Shown here: one piece after another, positions 10,801 through 22,500 of the stretch | Position numbering within the stretch: the first letter of the stretch is position 1 | Layout: each line of letters starts with the position of its first letter | From: an uncultured Verrucomicrobiae bacterium | GTDB lineage: Bacteria > Verrucomicrobiota > Verrucomicrobiia > Limisphaerales > JAFGQR01 | Direction of reading: 5' to 3' | Assembly (NCBI GenBank): GCA_963788655.1 | Contig: CAWBHS010000059.1 | Location: forward strand, 1-64,000 | Length of the DNA: 64,000 bases | The notes under the pieces: model-generated | Database searches by the model: none | Told to the model about the DNA's origin: nothing | What the model saw: only the letters and a program-made list of their open reading frames with translations | Translations under genes and position numbers: made by a program

Positions 10801-12599
10801 CGGCGGGCTGCTTGATCTGGCCCGAAAAATCCACGAACACATGGCCGCGCTGGGACGAGGACGTCATCAACTGGCACAACGTCAACATCGCCCAGGGCTT
10901 CCGCGCCGGCACGGTCTATGGGATGCAGGATCCGAACCCGGATCTCCGCTACTCGGCCGAGCGCAATTACGACGAAGGTGATGCGCCTGTACGGCCAGTT
11001 CCCGGGCGGTGGCTTCGTGGGCGACGAGAACTGCCGGCCCGGTTACATCGATCCGCGCGGCGGCATCGAGACCTGCGGCATCGTCGAGTTCATGCACAGC
11101 TTCGAGATGCTCACCAAGATCACCGGCAACCCGGTCTGGGCGGACCGTTGCGAAGAGATCGCCTTCAACACCTTCCCGGCCGCGCTGACGCCCGACCAGA
11201 AAGGGCTGCACTACATCACCTGCGCCAACCAAGTCCAGCTGGATCGCGACAACAAGTCGCCCGGCATCCAGAACGGCGGGACGATGTTTGCCTACAGTCC
11301 GTTCGAACGGTATCGCTGCTGCCAGCACAACGTCTCCCACGGCTGGCCTTATTACGCCGAGGAACTCTGGCTCGCCACCCCGACAACGGCCTGTGCGCTT
11401 CGCTTTACGCTGCCAGCGAAGTCAGCGCCAAGGTCGGCGAGCGGCACCACGGTGCAAGATCACCGAAGACACGGACTATCCGTTCAGCGACACCGTGACG
11501 CTCAAGATATCGCCGCCGTCAAGGCCATCGACATTCCCGCTCTATCTTCCGCGTGCCCGCGATTGGTGCGACAACGCGCCGGATCAAGATCAACGGCAAG
11601 GACGGTGACAGTGAACTGCCGCGCCACTTTCCTATCTGGTCCTGAAGCGCGACTGGAAGGACGGTGACACCGTCGCGTTGAAACTGCCGATGAAGGTCTC
11701 CGTTCGCGAATGGCCAAGAACAGGATTCGGTTTCCGTGAGATTACGGTCCGCTGAGCTTCTCGCTGGACATCAAGGAACGTTGGGAACGATACGGCGACG
11801 CGATCCGAAGTGGCCGGAACGAATGGGAAGTCTTTCCCGCATCGCGACTGGAACTACGGCCTGGTGCTCGACGAAAGCAATCCGGCGAAATCATTTCAAG
11901 TCGTGAACGAAATCCGGACCCGTGGCGGCGCAGCCGTTCACCCCCGAGACGGCGCCCATCCGATCAAGGCCAAAGCGCGCAAGATTCCGGGCTGGCAGGT
12001 GGATCGGTTGAACTTGGTAGGCCGGCTGCAACCCAGCCCGGCCAAGATCCGACGAGCCGGTGGAGACAATCACGCTCATTCCCATGGGCGCGGCGCGCTT
12101 GCGCATTGCTTCGTTCCCCACGGTGACCACCGGCCCGGAAGGCCACGAATGGGTGGCCCCGCCCAAACCCAAACCTTCGTTGTACCGCGCCACGGCGTCC
12201 CATTGTAATCCCAATGACACGGTCGAGGCCCTGGGCGATGGTCTGGTGCCGGCCAATTCCAATGATCAAAGCATTCCCCGCTTCACGTGGTGGGCACACA
12301 AGGGCACCGAGGAATGGGTGCAATATAACTTTAAGGAACCCATGAAAGTCTCCGGCGTCTCGGTCTATTGGTTCGACGATACCGGAATGGGAGAATGCCG
12401 CGTGCCGGCGTCTTGGAATGTTCTTTATCAGCAAGGCGACCAGTGGAAGCCGGTCGAAGGTGCGTCGGCCGCTGGCACCAAACGCAACACGTGGAACCCG
12501 GTGAAGTTCCAACCGGTCGAAACCACGGCGCTCCGGCTCACAGTGCAACTCCAACCGGGCGTCTCCGGCGGCATCCTGGAGTGGAAGGTCGAGAAGTAG
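7812..12599 (+). CDS. Secreted GH2 plus GH127-like (beta-L-arabinofuranosidase family) fusion with a C-terminal discoidin-like domain; multiple frameshifts
   Basis: GH2 motifs LHFGGVDW, GPLDQGFWPDG, RKHVK, WVPFNEGWG and LGEFGG. GH127-type motifs WEEMPYWLKG, WHNVN, ETCGIVE, CCQHN and LIPMGAARLRI. The linker between them (about 10110-10270) is stop-free. Confidence 0.8.
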
Positions 12600-13017
12600 G
12601 CACGAAGCAAGCGGCACAAGCTCTGCCCCCTGCTCTAAGAATGCCCGCTCCCCCATCTCTCTCCCATGCTGAGCGAGACTAGGAGTCTGAACCATGGGCT
12701 AAAGAATCGCCGTTCGCTTCGCAGCCTATCTCCCGGAGGGAGACTCGAGAGTAGCCCGGCAGTTGACTGCCGGGTTGAAAACGCGATTGCCCAAGTTCCG
12801 AAGGAACGGCTGAAGCTCGTTAGAATGACTCAACCGTCCCGTTGGGACTTGGCGCTTGGGCAATGCCAACCCACCTTCGAAAAGGTGGGCTATTCTCAAT
12901 CCTCCCTTCGGGAGATGAGAACTTGCCCTCCAGCCAGACCTGGCTAAAGAATGCCCAGTCTCCCCGGTGGGAAGAGGTTGTCCGCAGGGCGGATGAAGTG
13001 CTCTTGAACTGTAAACA

Positions 13018-14772
13018 ATGAAAATGCTGACGATTCATATTGGTCTCGCTCTGTGTCTGGGATGGTTGGGTATCGCTTCAACGGTGGCGGCGGAACGTCC
13101 GACGCTGTATCTCATCGGAGATTCCACGGTGAAGAATGGCCGGGGTGATGGCGCCGGGGGGCTCTGGGGCTGGGGCGATTTGCTGGGCGCACAATTCGAT
13201 CCCGCCCAAGTCCAAGTCAAGAACCGTGCGCTGGGCGGCCGCAGCAGTCGCACGTTTCTGACCGAAGGGCTTTGGGCCCGTGTGCGCCAGGACTTGCAGC
13301 CCGGCGATTTCGTCATGATGCAATTTGGCCATAACGACGGCGGCCAACTGTTCACCGGCAACCGCCCGCGCGCTTCACTCAAAGGCAATGGCGAGGAAAC
13401 CCGCGCCGGCACCGTCGAGCAAACCGGCAAATCGGAGACCGTCCATTCCTACGGCTGGTATCTGCGCCAATACATCGCGGAGACCAAAGCAAAAGGAGCC
13501 ACCCCCATCGTGCTCGCTCCCATTCCGCGAAATATTTGGCGCGACGGCAAAGTCGCTCGCGCCACCGCCGATTACGGTCGGTGGGCTCGGGAAGCAGCGC
13601 AACAAGGCGGTGCCCTGTTCATTGATTTGAATGAACTTGTCGCCCAACGCTACGAAGCCGCTGGCGAACAGAGGATTCGCACGGAGTATTTCACCACCCA
13701 GGACCATACCCACACCACGCGGGTGGGTGCCGCGGTCAATGCTGAGTGCGTGGCAGAAGGACTGTGGCAATTGCCGGGTGATTCCGTGGCCGTGCTCCAG
13801 GCCGCGCTGGCCGGACCCGTCGCTCCGAAACCGCTGTATCGCGATCCCGTCTATGACGGCGCTGCCGATCCGGTAGTGATTTGGAATCGCACCGAGAAAA
13901 AGTGGTTCATGCTCTACACAAATCGCCGCGCCAATCAGCCCGGTTTGCGCGGCGTGTCCTGGGTCCACGGCACCCGGGTTGGCATCGCCGAATCTGGCGA
14001 CGGTGGCGTCACCTGGAAATATCGTGGCACAGCCCAAATTCCGCTCGGCACTCCGGACGACTCACACTGGGCACCCGACGTGGTTTATCACGACGGCGTG
14101 TATCATAGCTTTCTCAGTTTTGTGCCCGGCATGCACGAGGACTGGGGCGGCACGCGACACATCCATCACTTGACCAGCACCAATCTCGTCAACTGGCAAG
14201 ATCATGGGCGGTTGGACCTGGCTTCGGATCGCGTAATCGATGCCTGCGTTTTGCAAATGCCCGACGGTAATTGGCGGCTCTGGTATAACAATGAACCCGA
14301 CCATAAAGCCATTAACCTGGCTACCAGTCCGGACCTGAACCAATGGACTGATCGCGGCAAGGTGATTGGCGACCGGGCCGGCGAAGGTCCGAAGGTATTT
14401 CGCTGGCATGGCAAGTATTGGATGATCGTGGACCAGTGGGAAGGTTTGGGCGTGTATCGTTCCGACGACGCCAATGATTGGCAACGTCAGCCGGAGAACA
14501 TTCTGGCCGCCCCCGGTCACGGTCAGGACGACCAGGTCAAGGGTGGTCACGCCGACGTGGTGGTGAGCGCGAATCGGGCTTACCTGTTTTACTTCACCCA
14601 CCCTGGCCGTCGCGGCCCGGATGCGCGCAAGGATGGCTACGAGCAACGCCGCAGTTCCATTCAAGTCGTCGAGTTGCAATTCAAGAACGGCTGGCTGACT
14701 TGTGACCGGGACGAACCCACCCACATTCACCTGGTACCGCCTCCGGTAGGGCAAGACTCCGTCGCGCCCTGA
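13018..14772 (+). CDS. SGNH rhamnogalacturonan-acetylesterase-like domain fused to a GH43-like five-bladed propeller
   Basis: IGDSTV, GGRSSRT, QFGHND and DHTH esterase blocks, then DGAADP, WAPDV, IDA and EGPKVF. Confidence 0.85.
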   Translation: MKMLTIHIGLALCLGWLGIASTVAAERPTLYLIGDSTVKNGRGDGAGGLWGWGDLLGAQFDPAQVQVKNRALGGRSSRTFLTEGLWARVRQDLQPGDFVMMQFGHNDGGQLFTGNRPRASLKGNGEETRAGTVEQTGKSETVHSYGWYLRQYIAETKAKGATPIVLAPIPRNIWRDGKVARATADYGRWAREAAQQGGALFIDLNELVAQRYEAAGEQRIRTEYFTTQDHTHTTRVGAAVNAECVAEGLWQLPGDSVAVLQAALAGPVAPKPLYRDPVYDGAADPVVIWNRTEKKWFMLYTNRRANQPGLRGVSWVHGTRVGIAESGDGGVTWKYRGTAQIPLGTPDDSHWAPDVVYHDGVYHSFLSFVPGMHEDWGGTRHIHHLTSTNLVNWQDHGRLDLASDRVIDACVLQMPDGNWRLWYNNEPDHKAINLATSPDLNQWTDRGKVIGDRAGEGPKVFRWHGKYWMIVDQWEGLGVYRSDDANDWQRQPENILAAPGHGQDDQVKGGHADVVVSANRAYLFYFTHPGRRGPDARKDGYEQRRSSIQVVELQFKNGWLTCDRDEPTHIHLVPPPVGQDSVAP

Positions 14773-15290
14773 CGTGCCGGCCTCGCTCCCGCCCACCAAA
14801 AGCCGGAACCGCGAGAAGCCTTCGAACTTTTGAACGTTCGAATGCCGGCCTTTTTCCATTTATTGTCACGCAATTACCAACGGTGCTGCGGAGAAGTCAG
14901 CGTTCGACGGAGTCTTGCCCTACGTTCTTGGGGCGACTCTATTCGGTACCCCACGATCCAAATCTGCTCGGACCCCAAAGATTTTGGACGGCTTGATTCA
15001 CCGCAAAGACACGAAGAACGCAAAGAATTGCAGTGCCTTGGCGCGCTTCGTGTCTTGGCGGTGAATCAAGCCATTCGTTCGCAGTTGCGCCATTCGAAGC
15101 CGAGAATTGCAGAGATTTGAATTGGAAAATGGTATAACGCCTCAAAAGCCCATCCTTCCTCATCCCAAGACCATTTAAAATATCTAGCGACCTCACCTTG
15201 CGATAATTGGCATTCGTAATAGCATAAATAAAGAATGCCGCATCTGGCAAAACACGAAAGGACAGTCGCGCAAGTAAAGCAGACGGATCT

Positions 15291-16658
15291 ATGGCCATTG
15301 AATCCATCAATCCGGTAACCGGCACAACGAACTGGTCTTACCCGGAAACGCCACCAGCGGATCGGAAACGCCTGGTGCAGCAAGCGGATGCGGCGTTCCG
15401 TGAATGGCGTCGCATCGACTTCAGTCATCGCGCGGCACGAATGCAGGCGGTCGCGCGGTTGCTGCGCATCCGTCGGGACGATTACGCCAAACTCATGGCC
15501 CTGGAGATGGGCAAGCCGTTCGCTCAAGGCCAGTCCGAAGCCGAGAAGTGCGCCTGGGTTTGCGAGTATTTCGCCGAGCACACCAAAGAATTTCTGTCCC
15601 CCGAAACGATTTCCACCGAGGCGTTCAAGAGCCTGGTGGCCTTCCAACCACTCGGGGTGATTCTGGCCGTAATGCCCTGGAACTTCCCGTTTTGGCAGGT
15701 CTTTCGCTGCGCCGCACCCGGCTTGATGGCCGGCAATGCCATCATCCTGAAGCATGCCTCCAACGTCCCCGGCTGCGCTTTGGCCATCGAGAAGATCTTT
15801 CACGAAGCCGGTTTCCCGGAAGGATTGCTGAGCACTGTGCTGATGCCCGCCGCCGATACCGAAACCCTGATTGCCAATCCGCTGGTGACCGCCGTCACGT
15901 TGACCGGCAGCGTCCCGGCCGGCCGGGCGATTGCCGCCCAGGCGGGCGCACACTTGAAGAAGACCGTCCTGGAATTGGGCGGCAGCGATCCGTATGTCGT
16001 GCTGGCGGACTGCGACCTGGAACCAACCGTCGCCACCTGCGTCAAGTCACGCCTCCTCAACAGCGGTCAGAGTTGCATCGCCGCCAAACGGTTCATCGTC
16101 GTGGAGGCCATTCGTCCGCAATTTGAAAAGCTGTTCGTGGCCCAAATGGAGGCGGCGAAAACCGGCGACCCCATGGACCTGGACACAACGGTTGGACCGC
16201 TCGCGCGGGAGGATCTACGCGACGAATTGCACCGCCAAGTCCAACGCAGCGTGGACCAGGGCGCCACCTTGCTGACCGGCGGCCAGGTGCCTCCCCTGCC
16301 CGGATGGTTCTATCCCCCGACGGTCTTAAGTGGCGTCCGCCCAGGCATGGCGGTGGAAGCCGAGGAAACGTTCGGCCCCGTCGCCGCGATCCTCAGTGCG
16401 CGTGATGAAGCCGAGGCGATCCAACTGGCCAACCATTCGAACTTCGGACTCGGCGCGGCCGTGTTCACCCGCGACCGCGAACACGGCGAACGCCTCGCGA
16501 CGGAGCAATTGGAGGCGGGCAATTGCTTCGTCAACGACTTGGTCAAAAGCGATCCGCGCCTGCCCTTTGGCGGCATCAAGCAATCGGGTTACGGCCGCGA
16601 ACTGTCCCTGTTTGGGATTCGGGAATTTGTGAACATCAAAACCGTTTACGTAAAATAA
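15291..16658 (+). CDS. NAD(P)-dependent succinate-semialdehyde dehydrogenase (Sad/GabD-like)
   Basis: MPWNFP, LELGGSDP, NSGQSCIAAKR, EETFGP and PFGGIKQSGYGRELS. Confidence 0.9.
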   Translation: MAIESINPVTGTTNWSYPETPPADRKRLVQQADAAFREWRRIDFSHRAARMQAVARLLRIRRDDYAKLMALEMGKPFAQGQSEAEKCAWVCEYFAEHTKEFLSPETISTEAFKSLVAFQPLGVILAVMPWNFPFWQVFRCAAPGLMAGNAIILKHASNVPGCALAIEKIFHEAGFPEGLLSTVLMPAADTETLIANPLVTAVTLTGSVPAGRAIAAQAGAHLKKTVLELGGSDPYVVLADCDLEPTVATCVKSRLLNSGQSCIAAKRFIVVEAIRPQFEKLFVAQMEAAKTGDPMDLDTTVGPLAREDLRDELHRQVQRSVDQGATLLTGGQVPPLPGWFYPPTVLSGVRPGMAVEAEETFGPVAAILSARDEAEAIQLANHSNFGLGAAVFTRDREHGERLATEQLEAGNCFVNDLVKSDPRLPFGGIKQSGYGRELSLFGIREFVNIKTVYVK

Positions 16659-16761
16659 AGGATGAAATCAAAGACGACTCACGAAATGTCGCACAACTTG
16701 CCCTGCGGAATTGACGTGGTGGGGGTACGCCGCAAAGACAAATCCGAGGTGAACGCACTGA

Positions 16762-16925
16762 ATGCGTCAGTTGGCTGACGCAATGCTCGTTCGAGAGTGC
16801 AAGGTCTGGAAAACCATCCAACCGGGAGATCACGCCGTAGTCATGGGAGAAGTCGTCAACGCCGGCCAACACGGTCGGGGCAAACTGCTAATGTGCTCCG
16901 ATCTGCGCTGGAAATACCGCGGCCA
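16762..16925 (+). pseudogene. Flavin reductase-like C-terminal fragment
   Basis: LADAMLVRECKV...GDHAVVMGEV motif; the N-terminal part is missing. Confidence 0.5.
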
Positions 16926-17140
16926 ACCACCAGAAACTCGGCGAGCATCCGGGTTCACCGCGAACGCCCCGTAGGACAGCCGTCCCGGCTGTCTCGAAGC
17001 ACCAGTGTCGCCCATTAGCACGAAGTCGTGCCACAAGCTGATGGGTGCCCTTGAGCAATCCGGGACCGGCGGGACGCCTGTCCTTCCAGTTTGCATTCCT
17101 TCTGGCCATTAGGCGGGAGTCTCCTTAAAACATCCCGGAC

Positions 17141-18490
17141 ATGCTGAACTACATCTGGCTGGCGCTGATCGTGTTGGCCGTGCTGATCGGCGGGTTTACG
17201 GGCCGGGTCCAGTCGTTGGTGGACGGCGCTGTGAACGGCGCGGGCGCGGCCGTCACGCTGGCCATTGGCTTGATCGGCATCATGGCGCTCTGGCTGGGCG
17301 TGATGCGCCTGGCCGAGAAGGCCGGCCTGATCCAAACCATTGCCCGTTGGCTGCGTCCGCTGCTGCGCTGGCTGTTTCCCGACGTGCCGGCGGAGCATCC
17401 GGCCATGGGGTCGATGGTCATGAACATCGCCGCCAACATGCTGGGGCTCACCAACGCCGCGACGCCATTGGGTTTGCGCGCAATGAAAGATCTCGAGTCA
17501 CTCAACCGGGTTCGCGGCACCGCCACCAACGCTATGTGTACCTTTCTGGCGATCAATACCAGTTCGGTGCAACTGATTCCCATGTCGGCCGTGGCCATCC
17601 TTGCGGCGTCGCATGCGGTGCGTCCTACGGCCATCATTGGCACCGCCTTTGTCGCTACTTTGTTCTCCACCATTGCCGGCATTATTTCCGTCAAGTCCTT
17701 CGAGAAACTCAAATGGTTTCGCCTAAGGCCCGCGAAAGTGCCTCAAACGAGCAATGGCGAATCCACCGAATCGGATACCGCGCCGCTCGAATCCACAAGC
17801 GCCGCCGTGTCTTCGGAAGCCCAGCCGAAACTGCCCAAGTGGGCGTTGCTGGTTCTGACCGGATTTGCCGGCTGTTTCGTATGGTTCTTTCTGCGGTTGA
17901 GTTTTCCGGAATGGTTCGGCCGCGACGTTTCCAATGAAGTCGCGCAGCAGGGCCCCGCTGTCCGCTCCATCAACGCCATTTCTCTCCTGGCCATCCCGTT
18001 CTTGGTTTCGTTCTTTCCGCTGTATGCAGCGTTGCGGCGCGTTCCGGTCTATGAGGAATTTGTCGAAGGCGCCAAGGAAGGTTTTCAAGTCGGCGTCCGT
18101 ATCATTCCCTTTCTGGTGGCCATCCTGGTGGCGATCGGGATGTTCCGTGGCGCCGGCGGAATTGATTTGCTCACCCAGGCGCTAAGGCCGGTCCTTGATC
18201 TGGTCCATTTCCCGACGGAACTGCTGCCCATGGCCTTGATTCGTCCGCTCAGTGGCAGTGCGTCGATTGCGATGTTTTCCGACCTGGTGAAAAACTTTGG
18301 CCCCGACAGTCTCCTGGCCCGCATGGGCGGAACGCTCCTGGGCAGCACCGAAACCACCCTGTATGTGGTGGCGGTTTATTTCGGAGCCGTGGGCGTCAAA
18401 CGCACCCGACACGCCGTGCCCGCCGGCTTGATTGCGGACGCGGTTGGCGTCGTGGCGGCCGTTGCTATTTGTCGGTTGGTGTTTAGTTGA
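17141..18490 (+). CDS. Fused SpmA-SpmB (nucleoside recognition gate) membrane protein
   Basis: MLNYIW, ANMLGLTNAATPLG, YEEFVEGAKEG, RPLSGS and GSTETTLYV. Confidence 0.9.
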   Translation: MLNYIWLALIVLAVLIGGFTGRVQSLVDGAVNGAGAAVTLAIGLIGIMALWLGVMRLAEKAGLIQTIARWLRPLLRWLFPDVPAEHPAMGSMVMNIAANMLGLTNAATPLGLRAMKDLESLNRVRGTATNAMCTFLAINTSSVQLIPMSAVAILAASHAVRPTAIIGTAFVATLFSTIAGIISVKSFEKLKWFRLRPAKVPQTSNGESTESDTAPLESTSAAVSSEAQPKLPKWALLVLTGFAGCFVWFFLRLSFPEWFGRDVSNEVAQQGPAVRSINAISLLAIPFLVSFFPLYAALRRVPVYEEFVEGAKEGFQVGVRIIPFLVAILVAIGMFRGAGGIDLLTQALRPVLDLVHFPTELLPMALIRPLSGSASIAMFSDLVKNFGPDSLLARMGGTLLGSTETTLYVVAVYFGAVGVKRTRHAVPAGLIADAVGVVAAVAICRLVFS

Positions 18491-18532
18491 AAAGAGATGT
18501 TTACTTGAAGACCATGAAACGCAGTTTGCTAT

Positions 18533-19514
18533 CGATACCATTTCGCGCGAAGGCTGCTTCAGCGGTGAATGCCCTGGGAATGCCCGAACTAAGCGGCGGC
18601 GCCTCCGGCTGTTCCCTCTCCCCGCGGGAGAGGGTTAGGGTGAGGGGGAACGCGATGTCCGGACCAGGCATCCGCCCGGAAATGGCGGGCGGCACGGCAG
18701 GAACGCTTTTAGACGGTACGCATCGCAGAGCGGTTCCTTCCCCCTCACCCCGGCCCTCTCCCCAGGGGAGAGGGAGCCCGTTCGGCCGCGAGGCACAGGA
18801 ATGGATGGCAGTCCAACCTCCGATACCGTTTCGCGCGAAGGCTGATTGGGCGGGGAATGCTCTGGGAACGCTCAAACCAATTGGCGGCGCCTCCGGCTGT
18901 TCCCTCTCCCCGCGGGAGAGGGTTAGGGTGAGGGGGAACGCGATGTCCGGACCAGGCATCCGCCCGGAAATGACGGGCGGCACGGCAGGAACGCTTTTAG
19001 ACGGTACGCATCGCAGAGCGGTTCCTTCCCCCTCACCCCGGCCCTCTCCCCAGGGGAGAGGGAGCCCGTTCGGCCGCGAGGCACAGGAATGGATGGCAGT
19101 CCAACCTCCGATGCCGTTTCGAGCGAAGGCTGATTGGGCGGGGAATGCTCTGGGAAGCTCGAACCAATTGGCGGCGCCTCCGGCTGTTCCCTCTCCCCGC
19201 GGGAGAGGGTTAGGGTGAGGGGGAACGCGATGTCCGGACCAGGCATCCGCCCGGAAATGGCGGGCGGCACGGAAGGAACGCTTTTAGACGGTACGCATCG
19301 CAGAGCGGTTCCTTCCCCCTCACCCCGGCCCTCTCCCCAGGGGAGAGGGAGCCCGTTCGGCCGCGAGGCACAGGAATGGATGGCAGTCCAACCTCCGATG
19401 CCGTTTCGAGCGAAGGCTGATTGGGCGGGGAATGCTCTGGGAACGCTCAAACCAATTGGCGGCGCCTCCGGCTGTTCCCTCTCCCCGCGGGAGAGGGTTA
19501 GGGTGAGGGGGAAC
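18533..19514. repeat. Tandem array of about 3.4 x 288-bp units, each with two opposed REP-like palindromes
   Basis: Unit starts at 18533, 18821, 19109 and 19396. Palindromes: ccctctccccgcgggagaggg and ccctcaccccggccctctccccaggggagaggg. Confidence 0.95.
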
Positions 19515-19577
19515 AAACCGCTGCACCGATTCATCGGGTTCGGAAGCCCCAAAAACGGTCAGCCTTCTCAAGTTTCC

Positions 19578-22500
19578 ATGCAAGTTTGGAGATTGATCCA
19601 GAACGTGCTCGTGCTCCTCGCACTATTGCTTGCCTTGCCAGCCATTGCCGCCATTCCAGATCTGGAAACCGGCTTCCACAATCCGCCTGAATCGACGAAG
19701 CCTTGGGTGTATTGGTATTGGATCAGCGACAACATTTCCAAGGAAGGCATCACCCGCGACCTCGAAGCCATGGCCCGCGTGGGCATTGGCGAAGCGCTGA
19801 TTGGCAACGTGGATGTCGTGCCGGGATCCCGCGGCCCCGTCAAGGTCTTGAGCCAAGAATGGTGGGGCATGGTCGAACACGCCATCCGCGAAGGCAAGCG
19901 GCTCGGCGTGAACATCGGCATGTTCAACTGCCCCGGCTGGAGCCAGTCCGGCGGGCCGTGGGTGAAACCCGAACAGGCCATGCGCTACCTCGCCATCTCG
20001 GAAACGCACGTGCATGGTCCGCAGCAATTCAACGCCAAACTTCCCGCGCCCCACGATTCGTTCCAGGACGTGGCCGTGCTGGCCTTTCCCGCCCCGCAAC
20101 ACGATACCGACACGCTGGCCCAACATGCACCACAAGTGACCTGCACGCCCGCGCTCAAAGACTCGTCCAAACTCTTTGACGGCCGCCTCGACACGGTCTG
20201 CGACTTTTCCGGAAACGCGGCAGCTCAGTCCCCCTTGACCGTGGACGTGCAACTCGCCGAACCGTTCACCGCGCGCAGTTTGGTGTTGCACCCGGCCCAC
20301 ACGGCGTTTGTCGTGCAATGCGAACTCCAGGCTAAGGACGCGGATGGCCAGTTTAAATCCGTCCGCAAGTTCACCCTCGACCGCCACAACGTCGGCGCGG
20401 CCGTCGGTTTCCTGCCGTACGGTCCAGTGGCGGTGGCGTTCCCCCCGGTCACTGCGCGCGAGTTCCGGTTCGTGTTCACCGGCCGGCGCAACGCGGGTGG
20501 CTTGGCCGAAATCGAATTGTCCGGTGCGGCGCGGCTGGAGAAATATGTCGAAAAGCAATTGGGCAAGATGTTTCAAGATCCGCAGCCACTATGGGACGCC
20601 TATTTGTGGCCGTCGCAACCGGAGATCGATTCGCCGCAATTGGCCGTGTCCGCCACACGCGTCCTCAATCTCAGCCGGCAACTCGCCGCCGACGGCACGC
20701 TGCGTTGGGACGCACCGGCCGGTGACTGGGTGGTGTTGCGCCTGGGCATGACGCCCACCGGCACGCAGAACGGTCCCGCCTCACCCGAAGCGACCGGCTT
20801 GGAAATTGACAAGATGAACCGCCAGGCCATCGAGTATCACTTCAACGCCTACATTGGCCAGTTGCTCGAGCGAATGCCCGCCGCGGATCGAAGGGCCTTC
20901 CGGCACGTCGTCGCGGACAGTTACGAAATGGGATCGCAAAACTGGACTGATGGTTTCGGCGAATTGTTCCGGAAGACTTATGGCTACGATCCCCTGCCCT
21001 GGCTGCCGGTCCTGACGGGCCGCATCGTGGGCAGTGCCGAACAATCCGACCGCTTCCTCTGGGACCTGCGCCGGCTGGTAGCTGATCGCATTTCGTATGA
21101 CTACGTGGGCGGTTTGCGCGAACTGAGCGAGCAACACGGCTTACAGTTGTGGCTGGAGAATTACGGTCATTGGGGCTTCCCCGGTGAGTTCCTTCAATAC
21201 GGCGGCCAGTCGGATCGCGTGAGCGGCGAGTTCTGGGCTACGGGCGATCTTGGCAGTATCGAACTGCGCGCCGCCTCGTCCGCCGCGCACATTTACGGCA
21301 TGCCCACGGTGTCCGCTGAAGCCTTCACCTCCGGTGGGCCGCATTGGGTCATGACACCGTGGTGGCAAAAGCAACGCGGCGACTGGTCCCTCACGGAAGG
21401 CATCAACCATTATGTCCTGCACGTTTTTATTCACCAACCGGACGAACGCCGGCCCGGCGTGAACGCCTGGTTCGGCACTGAGTTCAACCGTCACAACACC
21501 TGGTTCCACCAGATGGGCGCCTGGATTGATTACGTGCGGCGCGCCGACTTCCTGCTCCAACAGGGCAAACACGTCGCCGACGTGGCCTACTTCATTGGGG
21601 AAGACACGCCCAAAATGACCGGCACCCGCCAGCCTCCCTTACCCGCTGGTCGCGACTTCGATTACATCAACGCGGAAGTCATTGAAAACCGCCTGGCCGT
21701 CAAAGACGGTCAATTCGTGCTGCCCGATGGAATGGCTTATCGCGTCCTGGTCCTGCCCAAACTCGATACCATGCGACCGGAGTTGTTGAAGAAAATCCGC
21801 GACCTCGTGGCTGCCGGCGGAACCATCCTCGGCCCGCGCCCCACGCGCTCGCCCAGCCTGCAAAACTATCCCGCGTGCGATGACGCGGTGAAGCGACTCG
21901 CCGCCGAGGTCTGGGGCCAATGTGACGGATCGAACGTCCAGCAAGTTCGTTTCGGTCAGGGCCGCGTGTTCTGCGGGGTGGACCTCAGCACCGTGTTCAA
22001 CGAACTGAAGCTCCCGCCGGATGTACAAGGGATTGATCCGAAGAAAGTTCTTTGGACGCACCGGGCCACGGCCGACGCCGACATTTATTTCCTCTCCAGC
22101 CAAAGTGAACAACCGGTAACCATCGCCCCCGTGTTTCGCGTGAAGGGAAAAGCGCCGGAACTGTGGGAGCCGGACAGCGGGCGCGTTCGTCAGTTGGTGG
22201 CATTCGAGCCTGTGAATGGCGGAGTGCGCGTGCCGCTCGCCATGGACGCGCGCGGCTCGGTGTTCGTGGCCTTCCGCGAAGCCGTCAGCCAAGCGCCCGT
22301 CGTGACGCAAGTAACGCGCAACGGCAAAGTGATCCTGACCACCGCCGCGCCAGCCGTCGAAGCCTCGGCGACTGGATCCCAAATGGCCGCCGGCACGTTC
22401 ACGATGGCCGGGTGGCTGGAGCCGGCCATCGACATCGCATTCCCCAAGGAAGCGGACAGCGGGGTGTTTCTTCACCTGGCGCGCAATGACGCCATTTTTC

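Noticed and set aside
10250..12060. Dense frameshifts as programmed frameshifting or pseudogenisation
   Set aside because: Single-base indels hit many unrelated genes (tspO, cas8e, GH106, ATPase) without slippery sites, which fits sequencing error.
18487..19577. ORFs with 96-aa repeats, and an N-terminal extension of GH106
   Set aside because: They are translations of palindromic REP units that are open on both strands; the GH106 signal peptide starts at 19578.
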